Below the pieces are notes generated by a model. That model ran no database searches and was not told the DNA's origin. It worked only from the letters and a program-made list of their open reading frames with translations. A stretch of DNA of 55,593 bases, the filler included, from Sluysia triapertura (lineage: Eukaryota): NCBI GenBank assembly GCA_046118255.1. It is 4 parts of 4 records of this genome, joined end to end, with 100 filler letters (N's around TTAATTAATTAA, not from the genome) between each part and the next. Parts side by side here need not be neighbours in the genome. Positions count along the whole stretch, not along the records: positions 40,878 to 55,593 come from JBJNIA010250976.1; 3 more parts are not named here. One strand, given 5' to 3'. Position 1 is the stretch's first letter. Each line of letters starts with the position of its first letter. The position numbers and the translations under genes are program-made. Of this stretch, positions 41,020 through 53,704 are shown one piece after another.

Positions 41020-44000
41020 GCAATTTTGGACAAAAATTTTATATTAATTTTTTTATTTTATTAAATTTCATTTTAATTTAGTAAAAGCATTATAATTTTA
41101 ATAATAAATTAATGAATAATTTTAATGATAATTTAATAATAAATTAATGAATATTATGTTACATTATTATTATTAAAATAAAGGTAATAATTTAGTAATT
41201 TAATTTAATATTTAGTCTTTCTTGTTTAGACTTTAATTCTGTTAATTTCTCTTAAGGTATTTTTAAGTTAGAAATGTTGTGATAATTGATTTTGTATTTA
41301 GCACTGTAAAAAATATTAACAATTCTGAAAGTTATAATACGATATAAAAGATGCTCCAATAAAAATATAGTACGGTATTAACTGAATAAAGTATACTGTT
41401 GTAATTTTTCTGTGAATTATTTCTTTTCAATAAGGTTTTTAATTAAATTATTTAGAATCATTGACAATTAGAATTGTTTTTAATTTAAAACTTAATAAAT
41501 TTTATTTTAATTCTTTAATATTTTTCTTTTTTAATTTATAATAATAATTATTATTATTACTACCATTATTATAGAGGTTTGTCTTGATGAAGCAATATAT
41601 TGTAATTATATTAAAGGTTATTGTAAAGTCCTCAATGGCAATACTGTACCCAAAAAGTGGAGAGTCCTTCTTAAAACTGTGTGCAGAAAAACGTGCGGGT
41701 AAGTTTAAAACCTTTACTTTTGTCAAAATTTGATTTTCAAATTTGTGATTATCGAAAAATAATATTTTAATCAGACTATTTATAAATTATTTATTTATGA
41801 TTATTTTTATAATTTCAGATTATGCAAAGTATAATTTATATTTAATAAACAGTGCATTTGCATTTATTTTGTGTTTTTCATTATTATAAAAATAACTAAA
41901 TTAAATCATTATAAGTAACTTAACTTAAATAACGTTTAACGTATTTTTTAATAATTAATATATTTTATTTTAATTATTGAGTTAAATTAGCAAATTTAGC
42001 CTATAAACAAACGTACAATTTAATAGGTTTTAAAGATTCATGTATTTCCAAGATACAAATTTCTAAGAATAATTAAGCAATTATTGATTCGGTTTTCCTT
42101 TCAATGTATGATTCCAATTTTTCATTAATATTTGAATCTATTTCCTCACTATTAATGAATTTGTTTCTTCGCTAACAATGGAGTCAATTTCTTTGTTATT
42201 ATCCTTTGGTTCTGTTATTATTTCTGTTTTAATGTCTTTATTCAATTTCAGTCTCTTTTTCTTGTTCTTCCTGTGTACCATTAATAATCTTACTTTTAAA
42301 AATTTTTTATTATTTCTCTGCCTTCTGTTCAACTTTTTCTAAGTTTGAAAACAATTTTGATACTATCAAATTACGCGGGTCCATCTGTGTAATACGATTT
42401 ATATTACGGAAAAGACGCATCCACAGGTAAAGTGAAATCTACGAAAGAGTAACTTAATTCCTGAAATGATATAATGAACCACGGTCAGTATATTTTTATG
42501 CACTTAACAATTAATTATTTATCAATTTATTTCACTCTACCTTCTTGTTCTTGTAACTAAGTTCAATATATTTTGATTTTAAAAATAAATTAATCTCTTA
42601 TTTCATAACAATAGTCTATGAAATACAAAGGCATATCTATATTAAACTTATTATTTCTAATATAACTAGAAACTAATGAGGGTCGGTATCTATTACTTTA
42701 AGCAAATCGTTAATGAATATGAAGTTCTCTTTATGTTTATTTATCTTGTAAAATAGTTGTTTCTTTTATTTATTCAATTTCTTTTAGATAATTTTATAAT
42801 CTTAACGAAATTATTCTTTTATTCTTTCTATACGAAAAATCAATTTAAAATAACTAAATATATGTATTCGTTGAATAACAATTAAGTATAACGGTATACA
42901 AGAATATAAGAAATAAAAGTATCAACAATATTACAATTTATTCTTCCGAATATTTATTAATGAATATAATTTTAATAAGGATTTTGGTCCAGGGAATGAG
43001 TTTACCTCGGATTTTGATACAAGTTATTTATGCAAATCTTAACAGTAACAAGATTATTTATTGTTGATCATTATAGTAAAGTTCCAATGAATAAGTAATC
43101 CGATAGTTCGTTGTAATTAAAGGTTTGATTGCTCTGATCTTGCTTCGAAGAAAACTTGGTATAATGGTCAAATATTAAATCCAATTCTACGATAAATTTC
43201 AAAGGGACTTTTTTGTTCAACAATCTTGTTACCACGTTTCTGTTTCTGTAAGAGAAATTGTTGATTATGCATTTTTTGTACGTCACTTTTTTGGGTTTTA
43301 TATAAAAGGTGATCAATGATTTTGATTATGTATCAATTAATTATTTATTAATTATTAATAATTATTCAATTATTTATTAATTAATTATTCGTGATATAAT
43401 AGATTTATAAATAGTAGATTTATAAAGAATAGATTTTTTGATTTACATAAATGATTGATAAATTTACATAGAGGTTTTTTGTATTATAAATAATTTACAA
43501 AATAAATATTACTTACAACAGATGTTTTATTTCAATATTCTGTAATCCTTTAAAAAAATGTTTACAATAATATTATTTACAATATAAATTTAGTAATTTA
43601 ATTTACGGTATTTTACGATATTTACAATAAGTTTAATTTACTAAATATTATTTACAATATACGAAATGATATTATTTACGCTTCTTTTTCGTCGAAGTCC
43701 TGTGCTATAAAAATCGTGAACTGTTCTCTCTTCCTCTGTTTGTCTTTTCTGACTCTTCTCATGCTTGTAATCTTCATCATATATATTATAATTTATTCAT
43801 CTTTGAATATAATTTATCGTATTTAATATATTTGTTGGGATTGCACAACTGAGGATCTGGAGATGAATGAAAATATATAAAATCATAAAATGAAGGAAAA
43901 ACTGGTACAAGTGATGGATTTAACATTAAAAACATTGTTGAGATAAGAATCATGATAAAGAAAACATTTATAATGATCTTAACAGATAAAGAATATCTTA

Positions 44001-45611
44001 AGGTTCCAAAGACCTATATAAGGGTTTGAGACCTTATGGAAGCTTGAGATGGACTTGAAAAAATTTTAGAACCTTTAGATCATTTAAGACTTTAGTAACC
44101 TTTAAGTATTCTTGGAGTATCGATAAGCATTTGGGATCCTTAAGTAACCTTATAAAATGTATAAAATCTCTAAAATAGTTGAGAAATAAAATCATTGTTA
44201 ATGGTATTAAGAATAAATCTAGTTTAGTAATAATTAACACGAAGAAGTTGAAAAAGGGAATCAGAAAGGTAAATGTGAAAACATCCAGAGCCTCCTGAAT
44301 GCCTTATAAACTACTAAATAACTTTAAAAACAGAATAAGATTAAGTCCAGAAATACAATAATTAATTAAAATCTTAATTAACTTAATTAAGAAAAAGTAA
44401 GTTTTTGTAAATAACTTTTGAATGCGGAATGTTGTGTTGAATTTGAAAGTGTGTATGTTTTTGTTTTGAAAAGACCTTTCGATGAAGGTATGGTTTGACC
44501 GAGTTCTTTAAGGAAAGCCTTAATAATGAGCAAAATCAAATTTTAATTAATACTTAATTATGTAATGTTGAAATTTTTTACTTAGAATGATGCAAATATA
44601 ATGAACTGAATATCAGATGATTGCTATGGAAGGGGAGAATCTAGAAGTGAGTTTGTAATGTCTGTAGAGTGGTTTGTTTGAGAATACGAAGCTTAAAACA
44701 TTTTTATTAAAAAATTGGGTGTGAAAAACCAAAAATCAATTAAATTCTGACTACTAAAATTAAATTCATTATTTTATGTATGTTAACAATAATAATGATT
44801 ACTATATTAATGTGAGAATTAATTTAAGTAAAAGTAGATTGAGTAGTGTAAAAGAAAATAAAAAATAATCGTAAATCAATTTTTTGTGTTTTGTATCTGA
44901 TAAGCTTTGACAGTATGTACAGTGTAACTGTCAAAGCTATTATTGTCAGATTAATTCTCAAAGAATGTTGCAGTGATTTTTTTGAGAGAATGTTTAATCA
45001 AAAATTTGGGAATGATTGGATGATAAGAAAATATAAAAAAGGAATACGAAAAATTTTACCTTACACAATAATTAATAATGCAAATAAGAAGATCCATGCT
45101 TTAAGTAATTTTTGAATTTATTTTATAATTAAAATAATAATATTATTTTTGGGGGATTTTAATAGAATAGTTTTTGTTTTTGTGCTGTTGTTGGGAAATT
45201 TATGTTTGATTATCATTAAGAAATAATCGTGAGTAATAATTAATATTTTTCTTAGTGTTTGTTGCGTCACTTCTGGTTTCTTTAGATAGACTGTTATGTC
45301 CTTAGTACTAGTATAGGCGTTATTGTTAATCTTATTATTTTAGTCATTTTTTGTGTTGTTTAGTGGAGATTTATAATAATAATTTGTAATTGATTTTTGT
45401 TTAATCAGTAAATTATTTTGTTGTTGTTATTGATTTCAAACGCTTAATTTTGGTGTGCATAATTAATATTATTAAAAAGAATTACTGAAAATTTATACTT
45501 AATATAGATTATTGAGATTAAATTATTGAGATTTTATTAAAGTTAATTAAACTGATATTGATTTAACGTAATTAATAATTTTCAAATACGCAACAGAATG
45601 TATAAAATACT

Positions 45612-46514
45612 TGAAATGGCCGGTATGAATTGGGGCTTAAAAAACTAATAATGTTTGCGATCTCAAAATTTTCATTTAAATAGAGATAATTACAGAAAGC
45701 GGACTAAGGTCCGTTCTAAACTTCGAATATTTTAAATTACAAACCGGCTTAAGGCCATTTTTAAAGTAAATCTTTATTAAATCAAATTAATAAGAGAATA
45801 ATAAAAAGTCTCTAAATTATATTTTATAAAAAGGCTCATCAAGTATTCATTGGGAAGGACAAAAGATTTCAGATCGCAACTATAAAAAGGAAAAATAAAA
45901 CCTGAATTTACGACGAGAGTGCATAAAGTTTTGAGGCATTGTGTTCGAAAACTACAAAGTCTGTCAAATGAAGTCCTGACTATGTATTTCAAATAAGAGG
46001 CATCAGTCAATCTATGCATCAGTAGACCAATTTCTTGCACACACAGATCGTATTCGAGTTTGAACATCGCAACAATGATGTACAAAGACACTTTTTACTA
46101 AAAATGTTAACTTATTTTTAACTTGAGTCGAATTATCATCAAATTCTCTTTTATGACGAGATAACAATGTCAATCGAGCTCTATTTCGTTCTGCTTCCAA
46201 GTGATGAGTATTATTACCACAATTAATACTGATGTTCAAAGCCACGTCAATTGAAACTGGCACCAACTTCATAGATTCTAACGTACTTGTGGATCTGTTA
46301 AAACAGTCGACAGTAATGTTAATTTATCAATCATTTGTTGATCATATGTAATACTATATTGACTTTGAAGATTAAATTCAATATGATTGGGTCCAAATCT
46401 GTTGGCTTGTGGTGCGATTTGAACAGGAAGATATTCAACGTTGTCATGATCCAAATCTTCCGTTAAACTTCTAATAAACTGGAATTGAAAAACTTCACGT
46501 GCAAAAATATTCAT
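45612..46514 (-). pseudogene. Intronless coding-like island with frameshifts, ending in the shared CCGGCCATT motif; unknown family
   Basis: Consecutive ORFs 46278..46514, 46012..46272 and 45777..46091 in different frames. 18-bp identity to 21153-21170 at 45615-45632. Confidence 0.5.
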
Positions 46515-48983
46515 TTGGTGTCAATAACGCTATTGTGATATTTCAAATAATAAACCAAATAAAATCGTTCTTAAAATAAATATCTAAAAAGTGGTGTTAT
46601 TTAAACAACAGAGAATTATGTGACTATCAATCCGATTAATTCTGTTAAAAACTTAAAATTCTTTTAATGCTAATACGAATTCCTCGATTCTAAATACTTG
46701 ATTCTTTATTTTATCATATTGCTCTATTAATTCTGATATATGAGAATCTCCAAAAAAGCATCAGTATCATTCATTTTATTTTCATGAACTTGACGATACA
46801 TGAAAAATATTTCTTGAAAAAATAATAAAACAGAAAATGAAAAACTGTACATAATACAAAGAAAATTTCAAAAAAAGGAGATAAACAATATTTTATTAAG
46901 TAGTCACATAAGGCGAAGTTAGCAGGTTCAGATCGGAAAGGGAGGGGCGATGTCAGCAAATTAATGGTCGTACTAGTTGATTTTATTGTTACAATTTGTA
47001 AACCTTTATCTTCTATTTTGAAATGTTATAGACTGGTTAGACATTTAGTGAGGTTCTAGTATGAGTATTTGTAGGTGAACTTAGCGTGAATTTATGAATG
47101 ACTGTGTTATATATTTTATTTGATATTTGTTTATTTTACTTATTTACTTATTCGGTTCTATCTCGTTTTCATTCGGTGGTTCGCTTTTCTTTAGGTTTTG
47201 ATGCTGTTAAGATTTGCTCTAGCAAAGTTATATTAGTCTCGTAAATTCACTTATTTGGAGTCGTTCGTTCACTCGTCGTAAATGGAACGATGGAAGTGCA
47301 AAGTTTAGTTTATGGAGCTTTTGTTATTTTGTAATTATATTTATAAATTTTGGAACGATTTTGTTATTGTAGCGTTTGTTTTTTTAAAAAATATCTTTCA
47401 CCTGTTGTGTTAAAGTACTTGAAATACATTATTAAATAGAACAATACGTTACAACAGTTGTGGATTTTAATTTGAGCATAAAGTAGAATGAATGTAATAA
47501 TAATTTCGAATCAAATGCTTAGATAAGTCTGACGAAACTACTCAATTTTACAACTCAATTTCACAACTTAATATTATCCTATCAAATTATATAAAATTTC
47601 CTTTTGGTAGATGTCTGTTTAATCTTAATTTATTATTCTTTATTTTCCTTTTTTATTGATATTGCGTTTATTTTGTGAAAATAATCATAGTCAAGCTAAT
47701 TCCAAGTTAATTTTTGGAAGAGAATCAGCTTATTGAAAAGAAATAAATGAATAGAGAAATATCATATATTAAGTATTAAAAGAAATTACAAAGATAAATG
47801 GAATTCTGAAACAAAAAAGTTTGTTAATAAAAGTAACTAAAAAAGATTCATTGGATATTAAGTGTAATGAGATAATTTTATAAAAATTAAAAATTCAAAC
47901 AAGAAGGCTGAATCAAACGACTCGCCAAAACTAGTTCATGAGAAGAACTACTCAGCCATACTAAATTCTGTATCGTAAAATCAAATTAAGCAAATATTCT
48001 AGTTCAGATAACGTCATACAGATAGGTCTCTCAAAAGAGTGTCATCTAACTCTTAATTTAAGCCTATTTTCTCCGTTTTCCTTAAAAATTGTCGCATGTA
48101 ATTCATACTGACAACAAATAAAGGAAAATGATAAATAATAATTTAATTTTTAAACTTGTTTAATCAATATTTTATGGCTTTTTTAAATTGCCAGTAAGCG
48201 ACGTAATTATCTCTACTGGATTTCAGTGTTTATTTAAATCACGAAGAACTTAACAAAAAATTTGTCACTTGTATTTTCCCAACTGCCTACTCGAATATTT
48301 CTATAACTTCGTTATTATTAGTGTCTGTTATTACAGCTTATTATTCCGGTTTTTTCTCTATTATTATTAATTAAAATTTACTTCGTCGTATTTAAGCTAG
48401 AATTTACCTTTTCACTTAACTTATTATTCGAAACGCAGTAATTATTTTAATCTTAGTATTTTGTTATTATTATTTATTAATTTAAGTTATTATTATTATT
48501 ATTATTCTAAAGTATAAACTTGATCGTACTTTGATAAACAGTGTGTATATTACAATAATACAATAAGTCTGAAAATTAGTGAGCAAAAATGGCGCTGTAA
48601 GTAATTATAAGATCACCACGAAGCAAATCAGTTAGATAACTTTAAAATCAACTGAAGTAATATGGTGTAAGTGGAACAGCAAATATTCATGAATTATTTA
48701 AATATTTAGGTAGAAATAAATATCGTATATTAATTTGTCGTTTTTAGCATTAATATTGTTATTTATTGTAATTTCTGTTGCCATGACTGTATTTTCAGTG
48801 AGGTTAGATTTATTAAATTAGTCTTTGATAAATTTAATAATCCTTGAGGATAAATTATTAAATTTAACCTTAATTGATAAAAGAGTCTTTCCATCTTGGA
48901 ATTGAATTTCTTTATATCTTTATTGATATTAAAGATATTAAATATTAAATATTAAAAATATTAAATTTCCTATAATTATAATG

Positions 48984-49331
48984 CAACTCTTGGTATATTT
49001 GAAAGGTTATAGTGCAATGTTATACGTGATTTGTTTATTTGTTGTTTTTAAGTGATGTTGTATTTTGTGTTGTTGGTGATTATGTAGTGACAAATGCTGA
49101 ATTTAAGGTGTTGTAATTGATTCGAAGGTGTACAGTGGATAATTTCAAATGTGATTGTTATTTGGTTGTTGTGAATGTGGAGTTATATGTTTTTGATGGA
49201 TTTGTTGATGTAATTTGGTAGTATTGGGTATAACTGTGAAGTGTAAGTTATAAGATTGTGAATGAGATAATGTGTGAATATTCGAATGTTTAGGGTTATT
49301 TTTGTCAAATTTAATAATATTAAGGGTTGCC
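48984..49331. repeat. Dispersed repeat, copy 2 (see 14509-14900)
   Basis: Alignable by eye, with an internal deletion relative to copy 1. Confidence 0.85.
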
Positions 49332-49749
49332 CACCACAATATTATCAACTGTTCTTCAAATACCTTTAGAATTCGTATTTTAATACATCAGTATTCGGAA
49401 ACATAAGCCTTCTATTTACATTTGTTAATCCTTTTTAGTCACCCAAATTGCTTTATTCATCTGCTTGCCTGTGATAAAATCGAAGTGGTAGCGGAATAAT
49501 AATAATAAACAATTTAATAAAAATGTTTACAGTTTAGACTAAAAGTTTCATGTTGAAAAGTAAACATTTTAAAGATTGGGAACACACAAAATTAGTAAAA
49601 AGGAAAATCAAAAGATAGAACAGAAACAGAAGGATTGAAATGTTGATGAAATAAACATTAGCGGATATAGGAACTACAAAAATACAGTTACTGCAGACTA
49701 AAATTTAAAATTTAGCTTTAATACAATGTCGACGAGAAATACTACATAA

Positions 49750-50070
49750 CAGGGGTAGCCAAGCTCCTTGATAGTCCGAGCCATTTTTCAAAATTTGAAA
49801 TTTTTCGCGAGCCGCAATTAAATACGTATTAAAGTAGAGGTATTAAAAAATTTTTTTCGATAAGTCGTATCATTCTTAACTTGGACGGAAATGAAATTTG
49901 TTACAACGTTGCACTTAATCTTTCATATTTGTTGCCAGTAATTTTAAAAAAACGATAATTTTTAAAATATAACACAAAAATGAAAAGGAAACTCGAGTAT
50001 TTATCAAGAGCCACAAATAATCTTTCAAAGAGCCTCGTGTAGCTCGCGAGCCGCAGTTTGGCCACCTCTG
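49750..50070. mobile_element. Non-autonomous hAT (Charlie/SPIN-like) MITE
   Basis: TIRs CAGGGGTAGCCAAGC and GTTTGGCCACCTCTG; internal repeat CGCGAGCCGCA twice; 8-bp flanks CTACATAA and CTATGTGA fit a decayed TSD. Confidence 0.85.
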
Positions 50071-50339
50071 CTATGTGAGATATTTTCTTAATTAAACATT
50101 GTGAATTGTTGTAGTAATTCACAGATATCTGAGAAGTTTCAATTTGATAGCTTGTTTATAAGTTATTTAACAGTTTGAAAATACATTTGACCACCATCCA
50201 CAATACTTAGTTTGACATGCGAAATAACATTTTCAAAATCAAAATTATAGATGCAATTATCTCTGGTATTTCGGAAGACAGAAATTTTTAGTCGTTTGTT
50301 CATTTTTTTTCATTATTGAAACAGGTATCTCAAGTAGAA

Positions 50340-50915
50340 GCGTTAGATTTTTGAAAATCAAACTTACAAGAACCACACACTTCCATGTCTAACAGTATAC
50401 ACGATTGTTTAAAATTTATAAATAGTTCTGATATTAATAAGTTAATGTTTATAGTTATAGATTACTGAACAAAGATTATAACATTTAATTTGTTTAATTG
50501 ACCTATTTTAATTAGATATTAAATGAAAATAACTTCTTCATCACTTACATTGAATTGGTAAGTCCTTTTTATTTTCCCTCTGGGTACACGTATCAGGATC
50601 TGGCATGGTCTTGTTTTGAAGTACATTTGTACATTCGTACTCTGCATGATACCGCAACTCAGACATCCACACAACAGTCGATGAGGCTAAATCCTTCATC
50701 ACACAGGAAATAGGAATCTGAGCAGATAATCCCAGTTCCGAACCACTGGGCACATCTTGAGATACTGAATATAATTGGTATGAACAACATGAACTGGACG
50801 ATGTTCGAAATTCTACACAGATTTCATCTGCATCGCCTTCAACATTATGAGGTGTACGGGTACTTGATTCAACCGAGTTCATACTCGGTTCAATTTCCAA
50901 TCGGTCCTCCGATTA
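50340..50915 (-). other. Possible host exon(s) of an unknown gene or pseudogene
   Basis: GC-richer 119-aa ORF 50541..50900 ends at a GTAAGT donor (50548). A candidate AG acceptor at 50390-50389 continues in frame as YMEVCGSCK. Confidence 0.35.
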
Positions 50916-51132
50916 TTATCTCAGAGCTTGTTTAATCACAACACGATTTAATAATTGTATATGGCAGCTTTTATTCCTAACTACTATTACTTTCTATAAA
51001 TAACTATTGGAGAATTTAAATAGCCAATAAAATATGAGAAATTAATTTTGATCGTTGTTTGTATACTCTGCTTTAGTAGTAAGATAGTGAAAGGAGATCG
51101 AAAAATTATAAATGTTAAACTGTTCACTTTCC

Positions 51133-51180
<48 letters not shown>

Positions 51181-51215
51181 TATTATTATTATTATTATTA
51201 CTACTATTATTATTA
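51133..51215. repeat. (ATT)n microsatellite
   Basis: Direct read; explains the poly-Leu ORF. Confidence 0.95.
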
Positions 51216-52429
51216 GCATTAATTATAATTTAATATTATTTTATACATGCTTCAATTAGTATTCCAAATAAAAATATCAAAATAAATATATATTCATTTT
51301 GTTTATCCTGGCAATCTTTGTTACAATCAAAATATTTATGTATTATTTTAGTCGTCGTCATTGTTGTGACGTTTCTACTTCAAAATTTTAATTATAAATA
51401 TCATCGCAGTCGTCATATGTAAGAAATTATCTTTATCATATTATGTTCATTACCATTTTCATCATTATAATCACTATAATCATCATCCTCCATCTTTCGC
51501 ACAATCAATTTTTCTACAAAACTCAATTTAAACTTCATTATTAATTGCTTGTAAAGTCAATTTAATTATTGATAAACCATTTCTATTCCATTTTCTCATT
51601 TCTCAGTCTTTCTATTTGCTAAAACACGTAACTATAATAAGAATAATTCAATTTTATTTTGCTTCCCGATATTTTTTCATTCAGTTTGTTATGGAAACTT
51701 AAGAATCGATTCTAATTGGTGTTGTCTGTGTTTGCGAATTAGAAAAAAATATTTTTTTATTTAATTAATCTTTTATTTAGATTATTTAGTTTTATTAAAA
51801 TAACATGTGAAATAGTTTTTGTTCCAATTTAATGTTTACTGGACATTATGAATAAATATAGTTTAATCAATTCGGCTTTAACCTTCACTTAGTTCAAACA
51901 TCGCACATTTTAAAACAATACATTTCGTTCTTTTATGAAAATATATCTACTGCTATTGAAATTATTGCATCTTTAATTATTTTAAAAATTAGAAAATCAC
52001 TTAAATATTTAATTAATCAATAGTAATTTTAATATTACTTAAAATATTAAAATTTGTCTTCTAAATTGATTACACATCGTACAGTATTGTCTAAATTCAC
52101 TCTTTATTATTTTATGTTTCTCTCAAGTACCTACTTTATCAAGTTTCTGAGTTTTTATTTATTCATTTCGTTTATCTGATTTTACTTTTATAATAACTGA
52201 TTCACGTTATTATTCTGACTTCTGTGTATGATGGGTGCATGACTAGAGACAGTCCGACCGACCTATTTTGCCTCTGTAATTGGTAAAGACAACTATTTAT
52301 TTACCTACTTTATTCAATTATCCATCACCTTATTCGCTATTACTATTTGTTAGGATGTCATCACAACTCTCTAATATCATTAAATTCCCCTTGAGTTAAA
52401 TCATTAATTTTTATAACAGAAAATAATTT

Positions 52430-53165
52430 CCAAAAAAAATCAATTTATAATCTTCAGTAATACCAAAATAAATGAAACAAAGTTAATTGTAGGTGGTAAG
52501 ACATACTAGATGCGAAACTAAAAGTACTAAATATAGGTTTTGTATTGATTCAAAAATGAAAATAGGGCAGAAAATATTAATTATATTGTTAAAAAATGTA
52601 AATATCAATTAAATAAAATATTATCACATATTCGAAAATTTATTAATAAAGATACAGCTAAACTTATTGTTCGTTCATTGATAACTAGCAACATAGATTT
52701 TAACAATGGTTTATTGTACTCAATTTCATATATAGAAAAGTGAAAAAATTACAATTAATAATTAATCAAGCAACAAGACTAATTCTCCAAGTGGGAAGAA
52801 GATCTCACATAATACCTTACCTTAAGGAATTACATTGGTTGCCAATAAAAGCAAGAATATAATTCAAAATCATGACAATAATTTACATTATGGAAGTGCT
52901 GAAATAATAATAGATGAATATTTCATTAACCAATACTAATATATATAGAATTCACAGTGATAATAAGAGCTAGGTGATCGTTGTATACCGTTTATGTTTC
53001 AAAAATATACAATTAGTTACCAGAGAATTACTGGAAGATTAAGAAATATTTAAGAAAAAGGCAAAATTGTTTCTGTTTCTGAAATATTATGGTGAATGAT
53101 TTATTTTAAGCACTTTTGAGTACTTAATTTGCAGTAGATATGAGCGCAATATAAATTAATATATT
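52430..53165 (+). mobile_element. L2/CR1-group LINE, 3' fragment (RT C-terminal region and 3' tail)
   Basis: TAKLIVRSLITSNIDFNNGLL, KKLQLIINQATRLI and RSHIIPYLKELHWLPIKARI*FKI match the L2/Crack C-terminal pattern. 3' end AAGCACTTTTGAG...GAGCGCAATATAAAT followed by (ATT)-like repeats. Confidence 0.85.
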
Positions 53166-53269
53166 ATCATTATTTTTTTATTACTATTATTATTAACTTT
53201 AACATTCGATATTTATATTATTACATTTATCACATTCTTCGTGGGAAACGACTAAACATGTTCTGATCA

Positions 53270-53575
53270 TACAGTAAATTCCCGATTATTCGGGCTAATA
53301 ATGGTGAAGGTCGGCACAGATAATCCGCAAATAATAATAATATTAGTATAATACAAAAACAAGGAAAACGCATTCAATTATATATTAAAAAATCGGTAAT
53401 TTTGGTTTGTTTAAGTGAATTTTTCAATGAATTTTTAAGATCATCTCGAATTTTTCTTAAAGACTTAACATCGTTATAGTCGAAGTTCCCTTGATCGACT
53501 TATTCTAGTAAAGTATCGACAGAAGTCAGTGCCTTGTCGTTACTAATACGATTAGTAATATCTTCTAGTTCATTT
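53270..53575 (-). mobile_element. Tigger/pogo-type DNA transposon end
   Basis: TA|CAGTAAATTCCCGATTATTCG is a Tigger-type TIR. The adjacent minus-strand peptide ITNRISNDKALTSVDTLLE...VKSLRKIRDDL resembles pogo C-termini. Confidence 0.6.
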
Positions 53576-53592
53576 TGTTAGACTTCATAAAA

Positions 53593-53704
53593 TGGACTGA
53601 CAGGGGATCGAACCCGGGACCATCGTCTGCGCAGTCGATGCTCTACCACTGAGCTATCAGCCCCGTCTAACAATTTCATATTGTTGTATATTCAATTATA
53701 CTAC
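53593..53704 (-). mobile_element. tRNA-derived (SINE-like) module, copy 2
   Basis: GGGCTGA TA GCTC AGTGGTA GAGC A ... CCGGG TTCGATC CCCTG TCAGTCC A: acceptor and D stems pair and the T stem has one mismatch, but the anticodon arm is non-canonical. Confidence 0.75.

Noticed and set aside
11840-46514. Domesticated bracovirus/nudivirus or ichnovirus gene cluster
   Set aside because: I recognised no nudiviral core gene (pif, lef, p74, vp39), and most islands carry stops or frameshifts. It cannot be fully excluded without a profile search.
53593-53663. Functional tRNA gene
   Set aside because: The anticodon arm cannot form a 5-bp stem with a 7-nt loop, a more degenerate second copy exists, and it lies among TE debris.
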